From: Rhodosorus marinus CCMP1338
Lineage: Eukaryota; Plantae; Rhodophyta
NCBI GenBank assembly: GCA_029953675.1
Contig: JAMWBK010000011.1
Span: 1,364,001 to 1,428,000, forward strand
Reading direction: 5' to 3'
Length of the DNA: 64,000 bases
Position numbers and translations under genes: made by a program. Below are positions 45,344 to 57,500 of the stretch, in pieces. Position 1 is the stretch's first letter. Each line of letters starts with the position of its first letter. The notes under the pieces are model-generated. The model made no database searches, was not told the origin of the DNA, and saw nothing but the letters and a program-made list of their open reading frames with translations.

Positions 45344-47980
45344 ATGTTCTGGAAGTTGGTGATATTCTGTCTGGGATTATTCGGTGTTATTAGCATCACC
45401 TCGGCTCAGGTTCAGTATGGACATCAGTCATGCAACAAGGATCTTCTTAAGGATGACTGGAAACCCAAGAGGTATGAGCGATTCTCGGAAATTTTGGCTA
45501 AGACGCCGCATGGGAAGCCGGTTAAGATACCATGTGGAGTGGCGGTGATTGTAGATACTAAAGATATCCCCAAAGTTAATGGAATTGAGGTTCTCGGGCT
45601 TCTGTATGTACCTCCGAACGTTGGTAAGCTTGTGGTTAGAACTCAGTACGTGCTTGTGACGGGGTACCTGAGGGTCGGAGATGAGCGAGGGATGCGAAAG
45701 GGTAGCAGGGTTGATTTCGTTCTGGACAACTTTGACTACAAGCTGAAGGATGTCATCGTGAATTCTGAGGAACTGGAGATCGTAGGTGGGAAGAACGAGG
45801 TTGTAGGTAGTGACGGGAGACTTGGACGACTGTCGTTTGCTGTGATAGGGGGACAGATTGAGATTCATGGGCTTGCTAGAAAAGATACTAGATCTGTACA
45901 CAACCTCCTACATCGGAGGGCGGAGAAGGGAGATGAAGAGATTACTGTGGAGGAGCCGTGCGAATGGCCGATCGGGTCGAGAATTCTGATTGCTACGACG
46001 AGCTACCGTAAGCGGGAAACGGAGGAACGGGTGATCAAGGGGACAAGCACCAATTCTAAAGGTATGGCGGTGCTGAAGCTGAACAGACCGCTCAAGTACA
46101 AGCACCTCGCTACCGAGGATTCGTACGAAGATGTGAAGGGCTACAAGGTGGAAATGCCCGCGGAAGTTGTGCTATTGACTCGGCCTGTGAGGATCAGCAG
46201 GCGTAAGACGAGCAAGCAGTCAAGCAAGTTCGGACCGCACTTGATGGTAGCGAACACACAACTCAAGCAGGTGATCCACGGCGTGGAGTTTGTCGAGATG
46301 GGTCAGCTGGGGACGCTCGGGAGATATCCGATTCACTTCCACCTGTGCGGAAAAACGGATTGGTCTGAAGTCTATGGATGCAGTATATTGCGAAGCAATC
46401 AGCGCGGCATAGTAATCCACGGAACCGACAAGGTAAAAATCTTCGACAACGTTCTGTACGACGGGGCCGGACACCAGATCATGATGGAGGACGGAATCGA
46501 GGAACAGGGAAAGTACTACCGCAATGTTGTGGTCAACTGCGACGCCATCCGAAGACGTGACCTGCTTCCTGACTCTAGTGATGATCAAGTGTCTGGAATC
46601 TGGATATCCAACCCGAGAAACGAGTTCAAGGGGAACAGGGTAGTCGGAAGTGAAGTTGCTGGCATCTTTACTGAGCTGAGGGCCGTCACAGGACCATCCA
46701 AGGAACTCCCACGTGCGAAGAATTTTGATCCTAGGTTCGAGCTCCTCGATCTCTTCGTGGACAACGTCGTCCACACCAACGGGGAGTTCGGGCTATGGTT
46801 CAACGGCTGGACACCGCCTAAGAGGGTCTCTGTGGGGCGCATAAACTCATACAGAAACCTGGTCCACGGGGTGCTAATGGAATTGAGTTCGAGCTTGGAA
46901 CTCCACGACAGTGTGCTCGTAGACAACGGAGGAGGGATCGACTTGGATCGAATGCACAACTCGAGGGTGAGCGACTCTCTTATCGTTGGGAAAAGCAAAA
47001 TGCCCGGGGCGAATTGTCCAAAGGCTCACTCGGTCGAGTTTAAGAATAGAATGTTTGAGAGGGAGAGCCGATCAGCATACCTCGCTAATGTGACATTTGA
47101 TGGCTTCAAGGACTGCAAGTCTACGGGTGTTGTAGGTGTACAAGGAGACGATCCTGCCGTCCAGTTCAACGGTTGGAGTACGAGCACCGGGCTGCGCAAC
47201 TGTCATTTTCTGGATATTGGACCTGATCAAGGCTTTGGTCTAAGGAACGCCGAAAAATCGGACTTTCAGTGGTCCGAGTTTGTGGCTATTCCCGCTAGAG
47301 ACACAACGTGGGGGAAGAAAACGATACCCAATGGTTTTGCCATCGCTGACACACCGTTTATGGTCCCCGACCCAAAGAGGAAGAAGTGCGTGGCGATCAG
47401 GGAGTTTGGAAAGTTCTGTTCGGGCGTTTGCTTCAGAACGGTGAACGTTCAGCTGACAGTGGATAGTATCTTCGACCTTAGCTATCAACTTGAGGTGATC
47501 AAGGTGGACGGAAAACTTAGGTCCGAAGTAGTAGTAAGTCCGTTTAAGAGTATCCTGGCCCCCACCAAGTTGCAGTACTTCTTCACGGTGGAAACCGCTG
47601 TTAAGTACGCTGTTAAACTGAGGAAGCAAGACAACAGGCCCTTTCCCACGCGGATGTTTGTGGACGTAGGAGATCAGGACCTCAGATGCACGCGGGGAGA
47701 CATTCTGCTCGACTTTGAGATGGATGGGTTCTCACTTGGCAGAGCGAGAAAGGAAAAGCAACCAGCCAAACGCTACTGGACTGGGTGCCGAAAAAAACAC
47801 ACGCCAAGCACTAGTGTGTACTACCAAGACAAGTGCAAGGGGGGCAAGATGTTCAGGAGGGTTACTATCCCTCACAAGGCCTTGCCCTACAATCGCCAAC
47901 AGGTGCTTGCCTCGAGCGGTCTCGAGTTCAACATTAACGAGGGTTCACCAAAATGTAAAACCGACAAGACCTGCGACTAG
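45344..47980 (+). CDS. Secreted G8-domain / pectin-lyase-like beta-helix protein (CEMIP/TMEM2/fibrocystin-L-like), 878 aa, intronless
   Basis: Signal peptide; G8-like beta strands with conserved Gly (IEVLGLLYV, VLVTGYLRVG, AVIGGQIEIHG); VVLLTRPVRI; GRYPIHFH hallmark; IVIHGT, GIWISNPRNEFKGNRVVGS. Confidence 0.88.
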   Translation: MFWKLVIFCLGLFGVISITSAQVQYGHQSCNKDLLKDDWKPKRYERFSEILAKTPHGKPVKIPCGVAVIVDTKDIPKVNGIEVLGLLYVPPNVGKLVVRTQYVLVTGYLRVGDERGMRKGSRVDFVLDNFDYKLKDVIVNSEELEIVGGKNEVVGSDGRLGRLSFAVIGGQIEIHGLARKDTRSVHNLLHRRAEKGDEEITVEEPCEWPIGSRILIATTSYRKRETEERVIKGTSTNSKGMAVLKLNRPLKYKHLATEDSYEDVKGYKVEMPAEVVLLTRPVRISRRKTSKQSSKFGPHLMVANTQLKQVIHGVEFVEMGQLGTLGRYPIHFHLCGKTDWSEVYGCSILRSNQRGIVIHGTDKVKIFDNVLYDGAGHQIMMEDGIEEQGKYYRNVVVNCDAIRRRDLLPDSSDDQVSGIWISNPRNEFKGNRVVGSEVAGIFTELRAVTGPSKELPRAKNFDPRFELLDLFVDNVVHTNGEFGLWFNGWTPPKRVSVGRINSYRNLVHGVLMELSSSLELHDSVLVDNGGGIDLDRMHNSRVSDSLIVGKSKMPGANCPKAHSVEFKNRMFERESRSAYLANVTFDGFKDCKSTGVVGVQGDDPAVQFNGWSTSTGLRNCHFLDIGPDQGFGLRNAEKSDFQWSEFVAIPARDTTWGKKTIPNGFAIADTPFMVPDPKRKKCVAIREFGKFCSGVCFRTVNVQLTVDSIFDLSYQLEVIKVDGKLRSEVVVSPFKSILAPTKLQYFFTVETAVKYAVKLRKQDNRPFPTRMFVDVGDQDLRCTRGDILLDFEMDGFSLGRARKEKQPAKRYWTGCRKKHTPSTSVYYQDKCKGGKMFRRVTIPHKALPYNRQQVLASSGLEFNINEGSPKCKTDKTCD

Positions 47981-48255
47981 TCTCTCCTACCCACGGGTGT
48001 GGAAGGACAGTCTGTGCTAGGACGTACAAGCTAAGCAGGGAGCAAATGATGGGGCCGACAGTAAGCGAGTCAATGGACCCCTCCTTGAATGGCCACAGAC
48101 GCTCACCAGCATGGGCAGTATATACATAGAGCAGTTTAGAATGACGTTGAAAATGGGAGGATGCTCCGATTGCAGATTTTTCTTTTTCGGCTTGAAAATA
48201 AACCGAGAAGCTTTTTCCGTGAGTCACATTCAGCGAGCAGACTTCACGGGTAAAT

Positions 48256-48437
48256 GCTCAGGCTATGTTAGTAAAACCACCATTGATCATGTTGTCTAAG
48301 ATTCTACCACAAAGGACAAAAACATGGATGTTCCTAGTGTGGAACATCCATGTGATTTGGAACATCCATGTTTTTGCCCTTTGTGGTAGAATCTTAGACA
48401 ACATGATCAATGGTGGTTTTACTAACATAGCCTGAGC
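48256..48437. repeat. 79-bp inverted repeat (1 mismatch) with a 24-nt spacer
   Basis: 48256-48334 is the reverse complement of 48359-48437 except for one A/G. Confidence 0.95.
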
Positions 48438-49515
48438 GCTACGCAAGATGTAAAAGGAGACTAGGGAGAAGAGCATGTAAAAGCCTATGCGGCGGTGGCG
48501 CGCCTCGGCGCGTATGTTGCTAGAATACCTCCAGAGAGCGCACTTCAACGGCGGAGGAGCACCAGATATTCTTCAGGTTGTTCGGCAAAATATTTACGCA
48601 GCCACTCCAAGCTTGAATTTGACATATACCCAAAGCTTTCCACAATGAAAGGCTGGAACCTGTGAGACCGGCCCTCTTCCCGGGGAAGACTGGCCATGCT
48701 CTCAGCGTGTCGTCATTCCTTCACGCTGGGGAGTAAATGATGATAATCAATAGTTGTCTAGAATAGAAAGTTCATAACCAATTCTTAACACGTACTTTTT
48801 GGAAGTTATGACGGTTCAGCTGCCTTACCGAAGGGTTTAGATCTATGGGCTAACTTTGGAACAGGGTGTTTCAGGGACGGTGTTAGGGGCGCAGCCGGTG
48901 AAGTCTACGCAAGCTATTTCGATGCAAAGCGGGAAGCTGCATCTATACACCGAACGACGTCTACTTGCCTGGTCGAAGTTTCCGATGGCTGGTAGCTCAC
49001 GTTCGAAGATTTCCGCAGAGGACGTCTTGTCCAAGTTCAAGGACGAGCCCGCTAGTTTGTGCGCCGCGAAATGCCCTATGCTCGACCCACGGATCCTCTG
49101 TCCGCGAGAAGTCTTATACTCCAGATACTGCAGATTCTCGTAGTTCAGCGCAACTCTTCCCGGGGAAGACTGGCCATGCTCTCAGCGTACTGTCGTTCCT
49201 TCACGCGGCGAAGTACAGAAGCTGTTGCCCCCCTGCGGAGAGCTGCAGAAGGGAGATAGGTACCGGACACGGGGCAAGTGACAGCGAGGTCCACATAGGC
49301 CTAGCGTCTGGCGGCTGCGTCCGAGACCAGCAGATCCGCGATGCAACGAGTAGAGGTGGTTGCGGAGGGTGCACTAGGCAGTGCCGATTCCACCTCGACC
49401 GTGCAGCCAACTCTTGTCAAGTGTTCGCTCATGATTTATTTCAGGCGCGTGTGTCTTTTAAGGGCAAGTGACAGTGAGGTTCAAATATGCTGAGCGTCTG
49501 GCGGCTGCGTCCGAT
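48415..49515 (-). mobile_element. Diverged family C 3' region in two pieces (48415-48727, 49150-49515) separated by unrelated sequence
   Basis: GGGAAGACTGGCCATGCTCTCAGCGT duplicated at ~48681 and ~49160; similar to the C RLE region. Confidence 0.75.
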
Positions 49516-50087
49516 AGCATTTCATTCAAACGATCGGAATCAAGGGTAGCGTAGGCCTCACCCCCGACCGAAAGCCCTCCAATATTCGTTGCCGAATTCA
49601 GAAACCAATACGGCATGCCTTGTTGCCGGATATGCCGGATATATTGGGCTCCTCCCTTTTTGCCGGACATGCTGGTTGACCTGAACGCAAGAACGCGGTC
49701 CCTCCCTTCTTGGTTTCGCTTTCAGAAAAAAAAAGGTAGTTGGAGAATCATCAGCCTTCGCCCAGGCTTGCCACACTCAGAAAAGCGACCATATCTGTGC
49801 GGTATTCGAAATTCAAAGGATAAATAAATAGAAGGGTCGACGCGCCACTCAACGGTACCGAGTAATGATTGGGCCATGGGCCAAGTCCGGAGTGATGACG
49901 ACAATTGAAGTGCGGCTCGCAGCGTTAGACAAAAAAATTACAAAAACAAAAAAAAAGAAGACTCTCTATAAACGCAAAATCAGAAGCAAAAGGCGCGTAC
50001 CTGGGTACCTACCCCGCAGAGGCTATTTTCTTCGCCTGACGGCGATTTGAGCGCCAAGGAGGCAAGCGACGCGTGCGAGCTCGAAAA

Positions 50088-50298
50088 ACTCGACCCATTG
50101 GGCACAACCCTATTGAGAGTAAATGGCCTCTCCGCAGAAGGCCGTGCTCGTAATAGTTTCTATCCGACCCACTTGGCGCAACACTATTCGGAGTAAATGG
50201 GCTCTCCGCAGAAGGCCGTGCTCATAATAGTTTCTATCCGACCCACTTTGCGCAACACGATTCGGAGTAAATGGCCTCTCCACAGAAGGCCGTGCTAT
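50088..50298. repeat. 74-bp tandem repeat, ~2.8 copies
   Basis: GAGTAAATGGSCTCTCCRCAGAAGGCCGTGCT at 50117, 50191 and 50265. Confidence 0.92.
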
Positions 50299-50716
50299 TA
50301 ATAATTCCTACTTTTCAATCAGGTAGAAAATTCGAACGTTGACAGGAGCGGTCGGGTTGTTTGAAATTGATTTTTATAGTACGCGAAAGTCGCAGTGCGG
50401 ATGCTGGAAGAGGGAAGGGTGGGGGAGGGGAACAAAACTATTGGGAATACATTGCACTTCCGAGTGGAAAAGGATGAGGTGTGCTCTATGAATCGGTACG
50501 ACGCAGGGCGGTTGCTTTGTGGGTACGGGCTTCATTTTGAGTTGGATGGTTTTTGCTGCTGAGTATGAAAAATTCAAATTCAAAGTCACCGGCGTTACGC
50601 TAGAACCAGCGATTTGGACAAAGTCGAGAAGTAAGAGAATTGTACTGGCTAGTGTTGCGTAGCGCTTCAGGCTATGCTAGTAAAGTCCTATGCTAGTAAA
50701 GTCCAGTAAAGTCCAG

Positions 50717-52500
50717 TGTAACCGTAAGCTTTACTGGGCAGCTGCGTACTGCAGCGCAACACTACGTCTAATCCTATCTAGGGAGAAACTTACTGGAATC
50801 CCGCTACCGGGGTCTCATGCTACGTTCAAAAAAAAAAACAGGCACCAGCGGATTCTCCAACTGGTCCACGCGCAAAGCGCCTAGCGCTATCTCTGCGTTA
50901 CCTCGCCATAGTTGCCGGTTTATCTGGGATCTCACGTCTCTCAGCTCCTCACTCCTGTGTAGCAGGTGTTTGCAGCTGTCGCGGAGGAACTCTTGTGCCA
51001 TTTGCCCCGTACGCCCAAACGTCTCTATCGCTATCGGGATGAACTTGTCATCCGGTTTCTCGATCACCATCGCTTCCTGGTAGTGAGCGATTTTCCACTT
51101 CTCCGCAGCTCTCGCCGCGTATCCGCTATCATCTTGGCTCCGCCGCAAATATTTTCCCTGTAATGGTGACACCACCGTCATATCCAGCGCATACCTTTGT
51201 TTGGTCCTCGGATGCCTCGCAACGATATCAGGTCGCAGTCCGTAGTTCTCGAAGTACCCCTCAGGTGCTTGCTCTACGTCCATGAAGTTCCATCGCCTCA
51301 GCCACCGTGCCAGCTCTCTGCAGATTTCGTCGTGTCTACGTTGCCACAGTCCAGTTGATGTTGGGCCGTGATGAAACCGTTGTACCCCAGTCCTTCCGTG
51401 TTTACTCTGGCAACTAGTGCACTTCTCGGTGGTCCGTAATCCCGGAATTGGCAGCCCCAGCAGTTGTCGAACGTTTACCTGCATCTCAACCGCACTCATT
51501 TTTTTCGGTGTCAGCGTTGGTATTTCACGCAGCCAGACTCCCGACCCGGATCCCGCGGCGGACCGTATTCGAGCTCGGTTTTCAGGGGAGATTTGTGGGT
51601 TGGTGACCAACCTTTGGAATGCACAATGGTGTGCCTCTCGAGAGAGGGTTTGTTGTATTGAACCATTATTCCAAGCTGCAGTCTCGCCCGGTGCGCTTTG
51701 AAGAGATGTTTCGCGCGGTTGTTGCAGGGTAGTCAGTGCCAAGATCCGCGGCGGGGTTTCTGGTCCGAGCCTCCGTTGTATTGCTCGCGACGATGCACAG
51801 ATCTGGTCCGCCAGCTGTGAAGTCGACCATCGTTGCTCCATCGGCTCGTATGTGTCTGGTGAGCGTTCTGCCGAAACCTCCCGCTCTAGTTCAGTCAAGT
51901 ATGGCCATTCATCTTCATTGTTCCGGAAGGTGTTTCTCCATGACGAGTAAAACGCGATGGGTTGGACGCGCTTTCGAGTAGCGAAACCCAACCCCCCCCA
52001 GCGGCAGAAAAGAGCGATTTGGTCCGAGATCAGCTCTGCGTACTCGTCGTCCTCTACAGTTGTCGTAGCGAGGCCTCCGAATAGAATTTCCAGATGATAT
52101 CTGGTCATCACATCCGCCTCGCGTGCCAGAGTTCTTCCAAACTCGTATGCGAGGCGTCGTAGAACATTGTCTAGCCGAGTTTCCGCACAGAACCTGAAGA
52201 GGGCAATTTGTGTCGTAAGCTCCGGTTGTGGTAGCTTGGCAATTTCCTCAAAGAGTTTCTCATGCTTATTTTGCAGCCCCCGGCACTCCTGTTCGATGTA
52301 TTCTCGGCTGCCTATCGGTATCGAGTGGATGGTGACTCCGTCTCTGGTCACTTGGACTCCAGGAATCTCATGGTTGACCACTCGCGTGGTAGTCAGTGTT
52401 CGCCCGTACACAGTGCACTTGCCGAGTTGCAGGCGGCAATTTGCGTCATAAGTTCCGGTTGTGGGAGCTTGGCAATTTCCTCAAAGAGTTTCTCATGCTT
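50717..52500 (-). mobile_element. Young family A 5'-truncated copy with an uninterrupted 535-aa RT-thumb/Zn-knuckle/RLE frame; tail-to-tail with family C tails at 50655-50716
   Basis: ORF 50804-52411; terminus GCTGCCCAGTAAAGCTTACGGTTAC. Confidence 0.93.
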
Positions 52501-52502
52501 AT

Positions 52503-53722
52503 TTGGACTTTACTAGCATAGGCTGAAGCGCTACGCAAGGCGTGAAGATGAACTAATAACTAGGGAGGGAAGCATGCAACCCCAGGCGCCGATGGCGCGC
52601 CTCGGAAAGCATGTCGCTGGAATATCGCCAAAGGGAGACACTTAAACGCCTCAAGAGCGCCAAATATTCAGTAGGATGCTCAGCAAAACATTTCCGCAAC
52701 CACTCTAAACCCGACTTATCGACGTGACCAAAGCTTTCCACAATGAATGGCTGGAACCGGTGAGAACGACCCTCAGCGCAAGGCAGACTGGCCATGCTCT
52801 CAGCATACCGTCGTTCCTTAACTCTTCGAAGGGCTGAAGCCGCGGCGCCCCGGCGGCGGGCGGCTACGGTGAGGTGGGCGCTGGCCACGGGGCAGGTAAT
52901 CGCAAGGTCCACATATGTTGAGCGTCTGGCAGCAGCGTCGGAGACGAGGAGATCGGCTATACAACGGGGCGGTGCAGAGTCCGAGATTGATCTGGGCAGT
53001 TCCGACTCAACCTCAACCGTATGCCCTATCCGAGTCAAAAATTCGCTGGGGATGTACTTGAGGCGAGTGTGACGCCTCGTTCGGAGACCTCTCAACATTC
53101 CGCAAGAACCCAGGAAGTGGTAGCCACAAGCGTCAATCCAGCTCTCACATCCCTGACAGAAAGACGGCCGATTAGAGTGCCACGGAGCCTGTGGCAAACC
53201 GAGATAGATCCGTGCGGCAGAACGGAACTGGAAAGCATCGAGACGATGACTCAATGACGACGGTAGAGTGGTTAACCACAAGTGCGAGAGGTGGCCTCCC
53301 ATGCCGCGGAGACGAGCGGCAGTGGTAGGCGGCGTGAGAGGAGAATTGAGCATGACTGTGTGAGCGGCACTGTGTTGGCCCCAGGTGAGGCTATGTTGAA
53401 TCACATCAGTGCGGGAGCTCCACAATCGGCTCAAACCCGGGTAGTCTGCAACAGGTGACCCGGGGCTAGCCTCTACGTCATCGGCAAGAACTCGGTCGAG
53501 GGGAGAATCCTCAATCGCTTCAGCTCGTCTCCATAACAGCTCCCTCGAGGAACGAAAACGGGACCGATTTGCGTCCGGCACGGCGTTGCACCTCCTGAAC
53601 GCGTGTTGAAGACCATCATTAATTGTCAAAAGCGGGGGCGGCAGGTGGCGATCCCGCCTTTACTGGACTCTACTAGCATAGCCTGAAGCGCTACGCAAGG
53701 CGTGAAGATGAACTAATAACTG
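52503..53722 (-). mobile_element. Family C 5'-truncated copy (ORF 52553-53629) plus a second terminus at 53652-53722
   Basis: CQGC..HFLGSC, RTRRH, IADLLV, YVDLAITCP, PFIVESFG, LHASLPSY*. Confidence 0.92.
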
Positions 53723-54529
53723 AACATCGTCTTAAGGCTCCCAGCCTTGCTCCATACGCTCAGAACATGTCTCTGGGTTTACCGTAGCGGTAGCCTCATT
53801 GGACTCTGGCCGCGGCGTGGGAAAATCTGTCACAGCCCACCTCGCGTCTACTCATAACAGCTGCCGAACGCTCGACGGTTCAGCCGAGAAGCGATCTTTC
53901 AGCCACTCGGAGTGAACAGGACGTTTTCGACAACAGCAAAAGATGTTTATCCACATATGCTTCCCCATCACATTGCCCTTTCCAAATGTTCAAGGAATCC
54001 TCAAGTTCGGAATTCAGGAGCCGTTACAAGGCCGTCATCCGAAGGCCGAGGTACGGACCTTCACGTTAGCTGGGCTTCGATGCGGTAGATGTATTCTTCG
54101 TAGTGACACATAGAAGCCGGTCGTTGTGCCTCATCGCATGAGGCAGCTCTCAAAAGATTGTCGTCAATACTCAATGAGAGGAGGCTCCTCATTGCGATAC
54201 GATCGCTTCTGGCGCAAAAAACCTACGGTTTTTTTTTAATCTCTTGCATTTGCTTCTGAGTTTGCACGGACCAGTTCTTCACCTTCGTGGCCTTCGATTT
54301 CGCTGCGAGGTACCCATTATCGGTCGCCCGGGGTCGCCTTTACGGAGCGTGCTGGACGCTTCCTCTCGTCCGCGGTATGAAGCGACCGCTGCGATAGGTC
54401 GACGGAAGCAGGGGCGTTGACTAACGTAGAGAGAACGCACGTTCCGCGGCTTTGGATCAGTCCTTTGTCCCCACGCGATTGAAAACCTGTGGTTCTTATG
54501 ATGACATCATCAGGGCTATCAGGCTCCGA

Positions 54530-57500
54530 GCCGGCTCTGGATGTATAGATACAGTTTTTGGTTTCGTGAGGGTGTATGGTGCTGGCTTTTGGTAGTTTTG
54601 AGTCGCAATTGTGTTCTTCGGTGGGAGGCGCTTCTTTCTGCAGCCTTTCCCCCGCATCTTCTAGTGGTGTGGTGCGTGCTGGGGGTTGCTAGCGCCCCTT
54701 GGAGGTCGTGGTGGTTTTTGTTTGGTTGCAAACGTTGGGAACAAGTTCTCTTTTTGGGGGTTTCGTGGGGGAATCGGTTTTTCACACCTTCCAATCGTTA
54801 TGGTTGGGGTTTCCCCACCCATTCCGGCGGACGGAGCCGTTCTCTCAGCGCGCGTGGAGCTCTGCGTGGGCGGGTTTAGTACCGCGGCCACCCTCACGGA
54901 CTGCGCTGACGAGTTAGCCCATGGGATCTGCTCGAAACTGACGAGTCTTCTTGTGACTGCTTCCCAGGAACACCGCCTGCCCCTGCTGATCGCCTATTTG
55001 GAGCGCTTCTCCGCCTCCGCGCCTGCCCCATACCCCCGGTGCCCGTCCCCGCGGATCCGCACGGTACAGCGGGGCCTGCCTCCACCCGACCCGAGCGCTC
55101 CGCTCCGGTCATTCCTGATTCCGACTGGCCTACCCCTATTCAAGGACAGACGCCTCCTGGGCCCGCGTCGGGCCCGAATCCTGCTCCCTCCAGTGCCCCA
55201 CGTGCGACCTATTCGCAGGTCCTACGCAGGGGCTCTTCTGAACAACGCACGACGGCAATGGTGCGTATGATGCCACAACACATCCCTATTGACTCTTCTC
55301 GCCAACTATCTCCGTTCCACTTTGTTTGGATGACGAACGTGCGTCCCCAGACCCCCTCTCGTGGTCGGGGCCGCGCGCCCGTCCACTACCGCGATTTTCG
55401 CGACACCATGGCTTCCTCCTTGGGGTCGCCCCGTCTGAATTCCTATATGTGGACTTCACGGGCCCTCATGCCTGTTTTCTTGTTACTGACTCGGCTTACC
55501 AGTTCCTTCAATCCCTTGTAACCACCCCCGCGCCCCAGCGCTCTGCTCTGGCCAACATGATACTGACTCGTCCTCATGTCTCTTTGTTTGTCGAGTTCGA
55601 TCGTTTTGACGCCGGCTGGGTTCCTCCGTCGCCCTTGCAAAACCTGGATGCCTCGCAGGCTTCGGTTGTCGCGCTACACACTCATGCGGCGCGGCTCTCG
55701 CGCATACAGGCGAGCCTCTTCGCGCGTTTTCCTCCTCGCGGGGTCCTCCGCACCGCGCTAGAGGCCTTCCTCTCCACTGAGGCCACCCTGCTGGAAGCCC
55801 ACCCTGCGTTTGACCTTCTGCCGCCGACTCTTGAGCACCCTTCCTCCCCTCGCCCTGCCTCCGAGGCTCGTGACACCGACATGGCAGAAGCACCATCGGC
55901 CTCTCCGAATCCGCTGGCTCTGGACACCCTCAGTCAAGACTCCGCTGCTGAAAACCCTGTGTCTACTTTCTTCAGGTCTTTTAGTTCCTTCGTGCGCCCT
56001 CCACGTAAGCGTCGTGCGGCTCCTGAGCCTCCCTCCGAGGCACCTCCTCCGGATATTCGATCTGCCTTCCCGACTGAGGGGAGGCCCGATGTCTGAGTCT
56101 TCCTCCTCCGCGTGCGTGTCGTCCCGGTTACCCCTGTTTACCAGTGACCGCTCAGCCTGGCATGAGCGTGTTCTCTCGTGGTTTTCGCACCTTGTCGCCT
56201 CCTACCCGGACGGTTCCTTCCCCTTTGTCGTCAGAGCACGGCCGTACGGCTCCCTCGTCGACTTCATAAGCCCCTAGGATTGGTGTTGGATTTTCTCTGG
56301 CAGCAGGTCGCCGCGAACCCTCACTGCTCTCTTCGCTGGGAACTCTTGTTCTTTTTTCCCCGCCTCGTGCTCACCTCCTCTACCGTCCCCCTCAACCCAC
56401 ATCCTCGCCGGGTCCACCCTCGCCGAAAACTGCAAATGTTCCTTTCCGGCGACTTTGAGGACCTCGAACGTCTTTATTTCGCTTCTCTCTCTTCCTTTTC
56501 TCCTAGTGCTCCCTCAGCTTTTAGGTCTTCTCGACAGAATCGGGCGCGTCACGCGGTGGCAGGCGGTGATCTGCGGCGGGCAGCCGGGATCCTCCAGCAG
56601 CGGCAACCTGTGGTTCCATACTCCGATGATCTTTCTTCACCGCTCCGTTTGCTCTTTCCCTCGGAAGGCTCCCCTTGGGACTCCTCGTTTGAATCAGTGT
56701 TGGAAGAGTACCGCGCCGCGCCACATCCCAGTGCGCGGTTAGTGGTCAATCTGGAGGCGGTGCGTGAGTTGGTTCATGATGCTCCGAAGGGCCGTTCCCC
56801 AGGGCCCTCGGGGCTGCGGGTGGAATATCTCCGTTTCTTAAGTGATGAAGGTTTGAAGGCGTTGGCGTGGGTGGTCGAAGCGCTTGTGAATGGTGATCCC
56901 CTGTGTGAGTGTGCGTGGTTCTTGGTCGGGCGTTTTCAGTTGTGTCTGCTTTCGAAGCCCGGCCACACGGCCTCGAGCCCTGCTATTCGCCCTATTGGCC
57001 TGGTTGAGGTGGTCCGCAAATTGGCGGCGCGATGGTTAGTGAAAATCTTGGTTCCCGAATCCCGCCGTTTCTTTGGGCACGTGCAGTTAGGCGTGGGCTA
57101 TCGTGGTGGCTGTGAGTTGTTGTCTGTTTTACTCCGTTCGGAAATGGCGTACTCCCCAGATTCTGGGCTCCTCTCTGTAGATTTTACCAATGCGTTCAAC
57201 CGCGTCTCTCGTCCGGCTCTCATGCCCGTGGTGCGCGAAGTCTTCCCTGTAGGCTTTCCCTTTGTTAGTAGACTTTATTCTCCGCTTGGTCGTGGGGCTA
57301 CCTATGACACCCTTGGCGCTTCCTCACACACGTTTGCGGCGCGCACAGGGGTACAACAGGGTGATCCCTTGTCCCCTTTCCTACATGCCTGTGGACTACA
57401 ACTCGTCTTGCTTTGTCTTCGCTCCGAATTCCCGCAGGTTCGTACGGTTGCATACCACGACGACGTGTGCCTCCTGGGGCCCCCTGATACTCTAGCACTC

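Noticed and set aside
50088-50298. 74-bp repeats as a CRISPR array
   Set aside because: Whole units repeat with no unique spacers; no cas genes; eukaryotic context.
54165-54222. Minus-strand TTTGCGC..GTATCGCAATGAGG resembling the U4 snRNA 5' end
   Set aside because: The kink-turn partner strand (CCGAGGC-like) is absent, and I found no Sm site or 3' stem-loops at the expected spacing.
54290-54480. HDV-like ribozyme upstream of the family D 5' end
   Set aside because: Several local stems exist, but I could not build the nested double pseudoknot by eye; needs an RNArobo/Infernal search.
53725-54500. Possible gag or transposase remnant on the minus strand
   Set aside because: Short broken frames with no diagnostic motif; left unannotated.
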